In this document: positions 46,034 to 54,622 of the stretch, piece after piece
How the letters are laid out: each line of letters starts with the position of its first letter
How positions within the stretch are numbered: the stretch's first letter is position 1
From: an uncultured bacterium
GTDB taxonomy: Bacteria > Acidobacteriota > Thermoanaerobaculia > Multivoradales > JAHZIX01
DNA length: 64,000 nt
Assembly: GCA_965368975.1 (NCBI GenBank)
Contig: CBDUPA010000011.1
Location: forward strand, 96,001 to 160,000
Direction of reading: 5' to 3'
The notes under the pieces: generated by a model
Seen by the model: only the letters and a program-made list of their open reading frames with translations
Database searches by the model: none
Told to the model about the DNA's origin: nothing
Made by a program: the position numbers and the translations under genes

Positions 46034-49000
46034 ATGAGTACCGAGCAAGAGCACACTTCTGAGAGTGCCAGCGAGGCCGCGAGCGCGGATCTCGAACGGG
46101 GCACCTACGAAATCATCCGCGATCGCCTCCTCGACCAAGGAGGTCAGCTACGGCAGCAAGCCGAGAAGCTCAACCAGGAGCGCCTGGAACTGTTCGGCGG
46201 TACCGAGCTGACGGTCGTCGGCAACGAGCGCATCCGCACCGAGAACAACTGCCTGCCGCGCGACATCGTCAGCGTCGGCGGGTTGCTGCTGTTCGGCTAC
46301 AACGTCTTCCTCGGTCTGCGCAGCGAGATCGAGGTCGAGGATGTCTTCAGTCTGCATCGCTTTGCCGAAACCGAAGACGGCTTCACCTTCAAGGCTCTGC
46401 CTAAGGGCGCGTCCAAGGGCGCGCCAGAACGGGCCTTCCTGGAGGATCCACGCTTCGTCGCCGAATTCAAAGAACTCTACAAGTTCTACAAGAGCACGCG
46501 CCTGCTGCAGCTGCGCCGCCCGGAGGGCAAGTTGCTGGCGGTCTTCCAGACCGGCCCGACGCTGGCCGACCTGAAGGTTTTCCGCTGGCTGGTCGATGCC
46601 GATGGCGAGGTCGAGTACCTGGACAACCGTGGCGAACGCGACCACGTCTTCGCTCCCTCGCACGACTTCGAGTGGACGATCACCGGCCGCGAGCACCACG
46701 TTTCGGGCCGCCACCCCCACGTCAATATCCTGGACGAAGTGTTCGTCGAGACGGTGGGTGGTGACCTGACGGTCAAGGTGGAGGACAACACCGAAGACGG
46801 TCTGGGCATCTACCGCGAACCGGTGGACGATGCCAACCAGAGTCTCGACGACGCTGAGGTCCACTACGCCAAGGTCGGCATTCTGATCTTGATGAAGGTG
46901 CTGCCGTACCGAGAGGAGACCTGGCGCTACCTGGTGTTCAACACGCGCACCCAACAGGTCGACCGCCTCGACGCCATCGGCCAGGCGTGTGTGCAGCTGC
47001 CGGAAGACCACGGCCTGATCTTTCCGGGCGGCTACTACCTCCAGAGCGGTGCCACCAAGACGTTCCCAGCAGACATCGACCAACTGGAGTTCGTGCGCTC
47101 CATTCGCTCGCCCAATGGAGAGGACGTGTTCTACGTCTTCCACCACCGTGCACAAGGGCGCACCATCCTGCTGCCGTACAACTTGATCCGCAAAGAGGTG
47201 CAGAACCCCATCGAGTGCAACGGCTACAGCTTGTTCGCCGATGGCCGCATGGTGATCTTCCGCAGCCAGAGCGAAGAGCCGACACGCGTGCATCCCATGC
47301 AGGTGTGGCAGACGCCTTTCGTCAGCGACGAGCATGCCGCCGCGGCGCCGACGACCGGCTCGTACCTGGAGAAGATCGGCAACGCTGACCTGGTGCGCGG
47401 TATCTCCGACCTACTCAGCCTGGCGCGTCGCATCGACGAGCAGACCGGCCGCGAAGCCGGCGGTCGTCGCGCCTACGAAGATCTGATCCTCGCTGCCGGC
47501 CGAGTGCTCGACAGCTACTACTGGCTGGACCACAAGTCGGTGCGCGAGCTGTCGGGTCCGCTGGCCGGTACAGTGCAAGAGATCCGCGAGACCGGCGAGC
47601 TGATCATCGACGAGTACGAGAAAGTCGAGAGCATTCGTGCTCAGGCCGTCGAGTCGGTGCAGGCCGCCGAAAAGGACCTGCGCCAGCTGATCTTGAGTCT
47701 GCGGCCCGACAGCTGGACCCGCGTCGATGCCTTTGTCGAAGCGTTGGGCAAGCTGCGCCGCCAGCGCGGCCGCCTGGTGACCCTGCGCGAGCTACGCTAC
47801 GTCGATCTCGGACGTCTCGACGAGCTGGAAGCCCAGACCGTCGAGCACTTTGATCGTCTCACCGAACGCACCGTCGGCTTCCTCGACGGCGACGAGGCAC
47901 TGGCTCCGTACCATCAGCGCATCGACGAACTGGATGAGAAGATCGAAGCGGTCGAAAAGGTCACGGAGAGCGAGCCTCTGCGCCAGGCTATCGACGCGCT
48001 GAGCGACGACCTCGACTTGCTCGCCGACGTGGTCAGCGGTCTGGCGATCGACGATGCGACGGTGCGCACGCGCATCCTCGAAGGCATCTCCGAAGTCCTC
48101 GGCCGCCTCAACCGCACCCGCGCGGTGCTCGAAGCGCGTCGCCGCGAGCTGCTGCAGCATGAAGGCGTCGCCGAGTTCGGCGCCCAGTTCAAGCTCTTCG
48201 GTCAGAGCGTCACCAGTGCACTCAACCGGGTCGACTCGCCCGAGCGTTGCGACGACGAGCTGAGTCAGCTGATGCTACAGCTCGAAGACCTGGAGAGTCG
48301 CTTCAGCGAGTTCGACGACTTCCTCGAGCAGCTGGCGACCAAGCGCGAGGACGTCTACGAGGCGTTCAACACCAAGAAACAGCAGCTACTCGACGCCCGC
48401 AAGCGCCGTGCTGACCACCTGATGCAGGCCGCCGAGCGCATCCTGCAGGGTGTTGGTCGCCGCACAGCCGCCTTCAAGGACGTCGACGACCTCAACACCT
48501 ACTTCGCCTCCGACCCGATGGTGACGCGTCTGCGCGACCTGGTGACACGCCTGCGCGAGGCGCACGACAACGTGCGTGCCGATGAGCTCGAATCACGGCT
48601 CAAGGCGTCGAAGCAGGATGCCGCGCGCTCTCTGCGCGACCGCCAGGAGATCTTCGAAGAGGGTGCCGACGTCATCAAGCTGGGCCGGCACCGCTTCAGC
48701 GTCAACACGCAGCTTCTGGACTTGACGCTACTGGTGCGCGACGACGAGATGAACGTCCATCTCACCGGCACCGATTTCTACGAGCCGCTGCGCGACGACG
48801 ACTTCGCCGCCACGCAGCCCTACTGGCAACAGCACCTGGTGTCCGAGACCGACAGCGTGTACCGCGGTGAGTACCTGGCCGCGTGCATGCTGGCGTCAGC
48901 CGAGGAAGAGCAGGACGGCCTGTCCGTCGAGACGCTGACCCAGGCCACACTGGAAGATGGCAAGCTACTGGAGCTGGTGCGCGAGTTCGCTTCCGAGCGC

Positions 49001-51706
49001 TACGACGAAGGCTACGAACGCGGCCTGCACGACCACGACACAGCCCGCATCCTAGAGCGACTTCTCACCCTCTACAACAGCGCCGGCCTGCTGCGCTTCG
49101 CGCCCAAACCGCGCGCCGCGGCGGTGCTGTTCTGGGTCTACTTCCCGGACCAGACACGCCGTGCCCTCTGGCAGCGTCGCGCCCGTAGCCTGGCACGCTT
49201 GCGAGCCACCTTCGCCCACAGTCCGGCGATCTTCCGCTTCACCAACGAGCTGGCGGAGCAGATCGCCGCCTTCTACGCCGGCCTCGATCTCGATCTCGAC
49301 CTCGAAGACGCCCGCGCTGCCGGCAGCTACCTGTTCGAAGAACTCGGCCAGGATCCGCTGCGCTTCGTGGTCAGTGCCGAGGCGGTACAGCTGCGCGACG
49401 CTTTCCTGGACTTCCTGGAGGCCGCTGGCTCGCGGCGCGATTTCGACCAGGATCTACGGGAGCTGGCCGACGACTTGGGCAACCGCACGCGTCTGGCGCA
49501 AGCGTGGCTCGCCGCCTTCTGCGATCAGCACGCACGCGACCCCAAGGCCGGTGCGAACCCGAACGCGGATGCCGAAAAGATCGCTCAGCTCCGACCGGCA
49601 CTCGAAGGCGCCGTTGCCCTGCTGCTGACCGAAGACCGTCTGGATCGCGATGTCTCGAGTGCGCTCGGCACCGCAGTGGTCGAAGAACTGCTCGGCCGGC
49701 ACGGTCGCATCGAGAACCGCCGGATGCAGCTGCGTCTGGACGAATTCCTCGCCCGTCTCGGAGCCTTCCGCCACCGCCGCGTGCCCGGGTACCGACGCTA
49801 CCAGGAGCTGCGCCACGAGGTGCTGGAGCGCGAACGGGATCGCCTGCGCCTGGACGAGTTCCGGCCGCGGGTGATGAGCGCCTTCGTCCGCAACCAGCTG
49901 CTCGACCAGGTCTACCTGCCGCTGATCGGCGACAACCTGGCCAAGCAGATCGGCGCCTTGGGCGAGGGCAAGCGCACCGACCAGATGGGCCTGCTGCTGC
50001 TCATCTCACCGCCCGGCTACGGCAAGACGACGCTGATGGAGTACGTGGCACACCGCCTCGGCCTGGTCTTCCTCAAGGTCAACGGTCCGTCGCTCGGCCA
50101 CCGTGTCACCAGCCTGGACCCCGCCGAAGCGCCCAACGCCACCGCGCGCCAGGAAGTCGAAAAGATCAACCTGGCCTTCGAAATGGCCAACAACGTGCTG
50201 CTCTACCTGGACGACATCCAGCACACCGACTCCGAATTGCTGCAGAAGTTCATCTCTCTGTGCGACGCCCAGCGCCGCGTCGAAGGTGTGTGGAACGGCC
50301 GCACGCGCACCTACGATCTGCGCGGCAAGCGCTTCGCGGTGTGCATGGCCGGCAATCCCTACACCGAGTCCGGCGAGACCTTCCGCATCCCGGACATGCT
50401 GGCCAACCGCGCCGACGTCTACAACCTGGGCGACATCCTCGAAGGCAAGGGCAACCTCTTCGCCCTCAGCTACATCGAGAACGCTCTCACCTCCAACCCG
50501 GTACTGGCACCGCTGACCACGCGCGATGCCGGCGATGTCGACAAATTGGTGCGCATGGCGCGCGGCGAGGCGTTGCAGGCCGACCAGCTGGGGCACGGCT
50601 ATTCGGCGGCGGAACTCAACGAGATCCTGTCTGTCCTGCGCAAGCTGATCACCGTCCAAGAGGTGCTGCTCCAAGTCAACCAGCAGTACATCCACTCCGC
50701 CGCTCAAGACGACGCCTTCCGCACCGAGCCGCGCTTCCAGCTGCAAGGCAGCTACCGCAACATGAATCGCCTGGCCGAAAAGGTCGTGCCGGTGATGAAC
50801 GACGCCGAACTGCAGGCTCTGATCGACGACCACTACGTCGGTGAAGCACAGACTCTGACCACCGGTGCCGAGCACAACCTGCTCAAGCTCGCCGAGCTGC
50901 GCGGCCGCATGAGCGACGAGCAGAAGAAACGCTGGCAGGAGATCAAGCGCAGCTACGCCCGCGTCCAGGCCATGGGTGGCGATGACGAGGACCCGGTGGC
51001 GCGCGTTGTCGGTCAGCTCGGCCTGATGGCTGACCGTCTCGGCGACTTGGGTGCCGGCATCCGCGATGCCGCAGCGTCGAGCCTGGCCGCCGCGACCGCC
51101 ACGGACGGCGATGCCGCCAGCTTGACCAGCGCACTCAAGCCCTATCTGGAAGGCCTGCAGAGCGCCCTCAGCACCCTCGCCCAAGCTCGCTCTAGCGCCC
51201 AAGAGAGTCCCACCGCCACGGCCGCGAGTGAGCCTGCCGCACAGCAGATCACTCAGCACGTCAGCCAACTGGCCGGCCGTCTGGAGCAGATCGGCGAAGC
51301 CATCGCCCGCGCTGCCGAAGCGGTCGTCACGCGGCCGGTCCCCGCCGCGTCCGCCGAAGCTGCCGGTCGAGCAGCAGCAGCCATTCCAGCCGCCGCTGGG
51401 CCGGATCTCACCCCCTATCTCGATCGTCTCGGTGAAGCCCTCTCGACGCTCGCCGAGTCGCCGAAAGCCCGCCACATCGTGCAGACTTTGCCTGCCGGCG
51501 TCCATGGCCTCATGGAGCAGATGGTCGACTCGATCGAAGAGACCTTCTTGCCCGCCGTGCGCGCGCTCGATCGCCAGCGTAGGGAGCTGGGGGAGAGTGA
51601 TGCTGGCAAGCAGCTGGGGCATTACCTCGACCGCACGCTCAAGAGTCTCGATCAGCTCAAGGATCTGGTGACGGCGCTGACCAAGATCGAGGTAGCGGTA
51701 CAGTAG
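46034..51706 (+). CDS. Giant AAA+ ATPase (DUF3686 / so-called 'DNA repair ATPase' family)
   Basis: GTYEIIRDRL...RIRTENNCLPRDIV N-terminus; beta-rich region; coiled coils; Walker A ISPPGYGKTT, Walker B LYLDDIQH, AGNPYTESG, PDMLANRAD. Confidence 0.88.
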   Translation: MSTEQEHTSESASEAASADLERGTYEIIRDRLLDQGGQLRQQAEKLNQERLELFGGTELTVVGNERIRTENNCLPRDIVSVGGLLLFGYNVFLGLRSEIEVEDVFSLHRFAETEDGFTFKALPKGASKGAPERAFLEDPRFVAEFKELYKFYKSTRLLQLRRPEGKLLAVFQTGPTLADLKVFRWLVDADGEVEYLDNRGERDHVFAPSHDFEWTITGREHHVSGRHPHVNILDEVFVETVGGDLTVKVEDNTEDGLGIYREPVDDANQSLDDAEVHYAKVGILILMKVLPYREETWRYLVFNTRTQQVDRLDAIGQACVQLPEDHGLIFPGGYYLQSGATKTFPADIDQLEFVRSIRSPNGEDVFYVFHHRAQGRTILLPYNLIRKEVQNPIECNGYSLFADGRMVIFRSQSEEPTRVHPMQVWQTPFVSDEHAAAAPTTGSYLEKIGNADLVRGISDLLSLARRIDEQTGREAGGRRAYEDLILAAGRVLDSYYWLDHKSVRELSGPLAGTVQEIRETGELIIDEYEKVESIRAQAVESVQAAEKDLRQLILSLRPDSWTRVDAFVEALGKLRRQRGRLVTLRELRYVDLGRLDELEAQTVEHFDRLTERTVGFLDGDEALAPYHQRIDELDEKIEAVEKVTESEPLRQAIDALSDDLDLLADVVSGLAIDDATVRTRILEGISEVLGRLNRTRAVLEARRRELLQHEGVAEFGAQFKLFGQSVTSALNRVDSPERCDDELSQLMLQLEDLESRFSEFDDFLEQLATKREDVYEAFNTKKQQLLDARKRRADHLMQAAERILQGVGRRTAAFKDVDDLNTYFASDPMVTRLRDLVTRLREAHDNVRADELESRLKASKQDAARSLRDRQEIFEEGADVIKLGRHRFSVNTQLLDLTLLVRDDEMNVHLTGTDFYEPLRDDDFAATQPYWQQHLVSETDSVYRGEYLAACMLASAEEEQDGLSVETLTQATLEDGKLLELVREFASERYDEGYERGLHDHDTARILERLLTLYNSAGLLRFAPKPRAAAVLFWVYFPDQTRRALWQRRARSLARLRATFAHSPAIFRFTNELAEQIAAFYAGLDLDLDLEDARAAGSYLFEELGQDPLRFVVSAEAVQLRDAFLDFLEAAGSRRDFDQDLRELADDLGNRTRLAQAWLAAFCDQHARDPKAGANPNADAEKIAQLRPALEGAVALLLTEDRLDRDVSSALGTAVVEELLGRHGRIENRRMQLRLDEFLARLGAFRHRRVPGYRRYQELRHEVLERERDRLRLDEFRPRVMSAFVRNQLLDQVYLPLIGDNLAKQIGALGEGKRTDQMGLLLLISPPGYGKTTLMEYVAHRLGLVFLKVNGPSLGHRVTSLDPAEAPNATARQEVEKINLAFEMANNVLLYLDDIQHTDSELLQKFISLCDAQRRVEGVWNGRTRTYDLRGKRFAVCMAGNPYTESGETFRIPDMLANRADVYNLGDILEGKGNLFALSYIENALTSNPVLAPLTTRDAGDVDKLVRMARGEALQADQLGHGYSAAELNEILSVLRKLITVQEVLLQVNQQYIHSAAQDDAFRTEPRFQLQGSYRNMNRLAEKVVPVMNDAELQALIDDHYVGEAQTLTTGAEHNLLKLAELRGRMSDEQKKRWQEIKRSYARVQAMGGDDEDPVARVVGQLGLMADRLGDLGAGIRDAAASSLAAATATDGDAASLTSALKPYLEGLQSALSTLAQARSSAQESPTATAASEPAAQQITQHVSQLAGRLEQIGEAIARAAEAVVTRPVPAASAEAAGRAAAAIPAAAGPDLTPYLDRLGEALSTLAESPKARHIVQTLPAGVHGLMEQMVDSIEETFLPAVRALDRQRRELGESDAGKQLGHYLDRTLKSLDQLKDLVTALTKIEVAVQ

Positions 51707-51714
51707 GAAGTGTT

Positions 51715-51879
51715 ATGGCGATGACCAAGAGCGCGATCGACCGGGTTACTGAGTGGCTGGAGCAGCACCCCCTGAACCAGCCGGGAGCAGACAAGACGCA
51801 TGTCGAGGCTGCAATGGTGGAGTTCCAGCAGCACTATCGACGGATCAGTGGTAAGCGTTTGCCGGCTGGCGGTGAGTGA
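51715..51879 (+). CDS. 54-aa small protein (not in ORF track), putative antitoxin partner
   Basis: MAMTKSAIDRVTEWLEQHPLNQPGADKTHVEAAMVEFQQHYRRISGKRLPAGGE*; AGGAAG upstream; TGA overlaps GTG of next gene (GTGA). Confidence 0.55.
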   Translation: MAMTKSAIDRVTEWLEQHPLNQPGADKTHVEAAMVEFQQHYRRISGKRLPAGGE

Positions 51880-52400
51880 TCATGTCTTTCTCCGCTCTCT
51901 TGCGCGGCTTGAATCAGGAGCGAGTGCGCTTCGTACTCATCGGAGCTGCTGGAGCGAACTACTATGCGGCAGCTACCGGAAGTCCGATCTTTGCAACGCA
52001 AGACCGAGATCTTCTACTCCCTCTCGATTCTGAGAATACCTTGAAGACTTGGCAGGTTTGTCAGTCCTGCGGTCTCGATCTATTGAGCCTTGGTGAGCCT
52101 TTGGGTGAACCCTTGGACTCGTGGTTGGCTGACCGCGTAGTTCAGCATCGAGCAACCGTGCAAGCTCGAGGTTCTGAGCTTTGGATCGACCTGTCGTATG
52201 AGATGTCAGGCTTCGAGTTCGACGAGATTTGGCAGCGTAGGCGTCTCTTCGAGGTAGATGAAGTAGAGGTTCCCGTCGCCCGGCTGGTCGACATTGTCGA
52301 CTCGAAACGAGTAGCGAATCGAGACAAGGATCGCTTGTTCTTGTCTACGTATGAGGATCTCCTGGAGAAGTTGCTCACGATGGACTTGGATCCGAAATAG
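51876..52400 (+). CDS. Minimal nucleotidyltransferase (Pol-beta superfamily; AbiEii/DUF6036-like)
   Basis: RFVLIGAAG...ATQDRDLLL (G + TxDxD), IDL, C-terminal SKRVANRDKD; lower GC than flanks. Confidence 0.75.
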   Translation: MIMSFSALLRGLNQERVRFVLIGAAGANYYAAATGSPIFATQDRDLLLPLDSENTLKTWQVCQSCGLDLLSLGEPLGEPLDSWLADRVVQHRATVQARGSELWIDLSYEMSGFEFDEIWQRRRLFEVDEVEVPVARLVDIVDSKRVANRDKDRLFLSTYEDLLEKLLTMDLDPK

Positions 52401-52405
52401 GTCGT

Positions 52406-54481
52406 TCAGGAACCCTGTAACAAGTTGAACGCCGCCTGCACCGCATTCCCTTGACCCAACCTCTCCAGCGCCTCCTCCAGTTCCAGATCCTGCCCCTGAG
52501 CCAGGAAGGCTTGTAGCCGTTCCCTCAGGTCTCTCGGCAAGGATGAACCGGCTGCGATGCTACCCAAATCGAGGCCCGATCCCGACTCTGAGATGGTGTT
52601 CGGAATCGGCTTATCGGTTGGCGCGGGTTTCTCCGGCTCTGCCACGACCTCCACCTCCACCCGCCGAAACTCGGCCTCCACCACCTCCAGCCGCGCCGGT
52701 ACGGCGATCCCTCCACGCCGCAGACGATCCCGCCGCCATGCCCGGACTGTCTCTACCGGCTGAGCATTCAAGACGTGCTGCGGCTCCAGCCAGGCGCGCC
52801 GCGCGTTGGCCAGGCCGTACTCGCGCCGAGCCAGATGCGCAGGGGAATGGGCATCGGTGTCGATCGTCAGCATCACGCCCATCTCGCGCGCTTGACGGCA
52901 GGCGAGGTCCGGCAGGTCCATCCGTGCCGGGCTGCCGTTGATCTCCATCGCGACGCCCATTCGCCGCGCGACACTGAACACGCGTTCAAAGTCGAGGTCG
53001 GCGCCGTCGCGGCGGCCGAGTTTGCGGCCGGTGGGGTGGCCGATACAGTCGACCAGGCCGCTTTCCATGGCCTTGACCAGGCGGGCAGTCATCACCTCGC
53101 GTGGTTGGTCGAGATGGTCGTGGACGCTGGCGACCACCCAGTCGAGGCGTTGCAGAGCCGCTGGCGGCAGGTCGAGGTCGCCGTCGGGCAGGATGTCGAC
53201 CTCGATGCCAGCCAGCAGGTGCAGGCCGCCGAGCTGTTGCTCCAGCCGCCGGAGCTGTTCGCCCTGACGTGCCAGTCGCTCCGCGTCGAGACCGCCCGCG
53301 ACGCTCAGGCCCGCCGAGTGGTCGGTGATCGCCAGGTACTCGTAGCCCAGCTCGATCGCTGCCCGCGCCATATCCTGCGCGCTGCCGCTGCCGTCGCTGT
53401 CGTGTGTGTGCAGGTGCAGGTCGCCGCGCAGATCCTCGGCGGTGATCAGGCGGGGCAGGCGTCCCTGCTCGGCCAGCTCCATCTCGCCCAGGTTCTGGCG
53501 CAGCTCAGGGACGATGAACGGCAGGCCGACGGCGGCGAAGATCTCTTCTTCGTGCCGGCCCGTGGTCAGCCGCACGTCATCGCTGCGCCGGCTCACCCCG
53601 TGCTCGCTGATGTGCAGGCCCATGCGACCCGCGCGCGTGCGCAGTGCTACCACGTGTTGCTGCGAGCCGGAGAAGGTGTGGAGGCCGGCGCCCCAACTCT
53701 CGGGCGGGAACACCCACAGATCGGCCTGGACACCGTTGACTAGCCGCACGCTGGCGCTTTCCTCTCCCGCGCTCAGAACTTCGGCTGCCTCGGCCAGGTT
53801 GGCGAAGCGTTCGACCAGGGGACCTGGATGCTCGGCGCAGGCGAGCATGTCGAGGTCGCCGATCAGAGCTTTGCGCCGCCGGCAGCTACCGCCCGCGACG
53901 ACGTCGAGGGTCGCTCCCGTCTCGCGTAGCTGCTCGGCAATGGCGCCGGTGATGCGCAGGGCCTCGACCAGCGGTGTCTTGCTCCGGCGGCGACGGAAGT
54001 GCTCGATTTCTTGCAACACGCTGTGCGCCGCGTCGACACTGAAGCGCGGCAGCTGCAGCAGGCGTCCGGTCCGCGCGGCCATCTCGAGCTGTTCGATGCT
54101 GGCGATTCCGAGGTGCTGGTAGAACATGCGTACCTTGCGCGGGCCCAGCCCCTTGAGTTGCATCAGGTCGCGCAGTCCCGCCGGTAGCCGTGCACGCAAG
54201 CGTTCGAGGTCGTCCGTGGTGCCGGTGCGCAGAATTTGCTTGACGCGGTGCAGCGTGCCGTCACCGATCCCCTGTACCTTCTGCAGGTCGCCCAGGTGCA
54301 GCATCCGCTCAGCTGGCTGCGGCAGGTACTCGATCGCCTTGGCCGCCTGGCGAAAGGCGCGCACGCGGTGCGGCTCGCCGCCCTGGATCGCCAGCAACTC
54401 CGCCATCTCGGCGAACACGGCGCCGATCTCGCGGTTGCTGAGCGGAGTGCGCGACGGGTTGAGTTGCACAGAAGGGGGCAT
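52406..54481 (-). CDS. polX: DNA polymerase X / PHP 3'-5' exonuclease
   Basis: NREIG.VF.EMAELL, HhH GIG/GLGP, GSCRRRK..IGDLD, QADL, PHP motifs DLHLHT, TDHS, GHPTGR, DTDAH; ATG 54481 (ORF open to 54544). Confidence 0.93.
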   Translation of the reverse strand: MPPSVQLNPSRTPLSNREIGAVFAEMAELLAIQGGEPHRVRAFRQAAKAIEYLPQPAERMLHLGDLQKVQGIGDGTLHRVKQILRTGTTDDLERLRARLPAGLRDLMQLKGLGPRKVRMFYQHLGIASIEQLEMAARTGRLLQLPRFSVDAAHSVLQEIEHFRRRRSKTPLVEALRITGAIAEQLRETGATLDVVAGGSCRRRKALIGDLDMLACAEHPGPLVERFANLAEAAEVLSAGEESASVRLVNGVQADLWVFPPESWGAGLHTFSGSQQHVVALRTRAGRMGLHISEHGVSRRSDDVRLTTGRHEEEIFAAVGLPFIVPELRQNLGEMELAEQGRLPRLITAEDLRGDLHLHTHDSDGSGSAQDMARAAIELGYEYLAITDHSAGLSVAGGLDAERLARQGEQLRRLEQQLGGLHLLAGIEVDILPDGDLDLPPAALQRLDWVVASVHDHLDQPREVMTARLVKAMESGLVDCIGHPTGRKLGRRDGADLDFERVFSVARRMGVAMEINGSPARMDLPDLACRQAREMGVMLTIDTDAHSPAHLARREYGLANARRAWLEPQHVLNAQPVETVRAWRRDRLRRGGIAVPARLEVVEAEFRRVEVEVVAEPEKPAPTDKPIPNTISESGSGLDLGSIAAGSSLPRDLRERLQAFLAQGQDLELEEALERLGQGNAVQAAFNLLQGS

Positions 54482-54622
54482 TTGCACAAAGCTACCGCCC
54501 GTGAGGTCAATTGGGAAGGCTTCGCAGCGATGAACGCCCACCACTTCGGCAAGATCTACCGGATGGTCTTGTCATAGGGTCGCTCGTCTCGTCCACTCTT
54601 CCATCCGACCGTGAGGTGAATC

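Noticed and set aside
46034-51706. DNA-repair role implied by the family label and proximity to xseAB and polX
   Set aside because: The operon partners are membrane proteins and no nuclease or DNA-binding motif is visible; the proximity may be incidental
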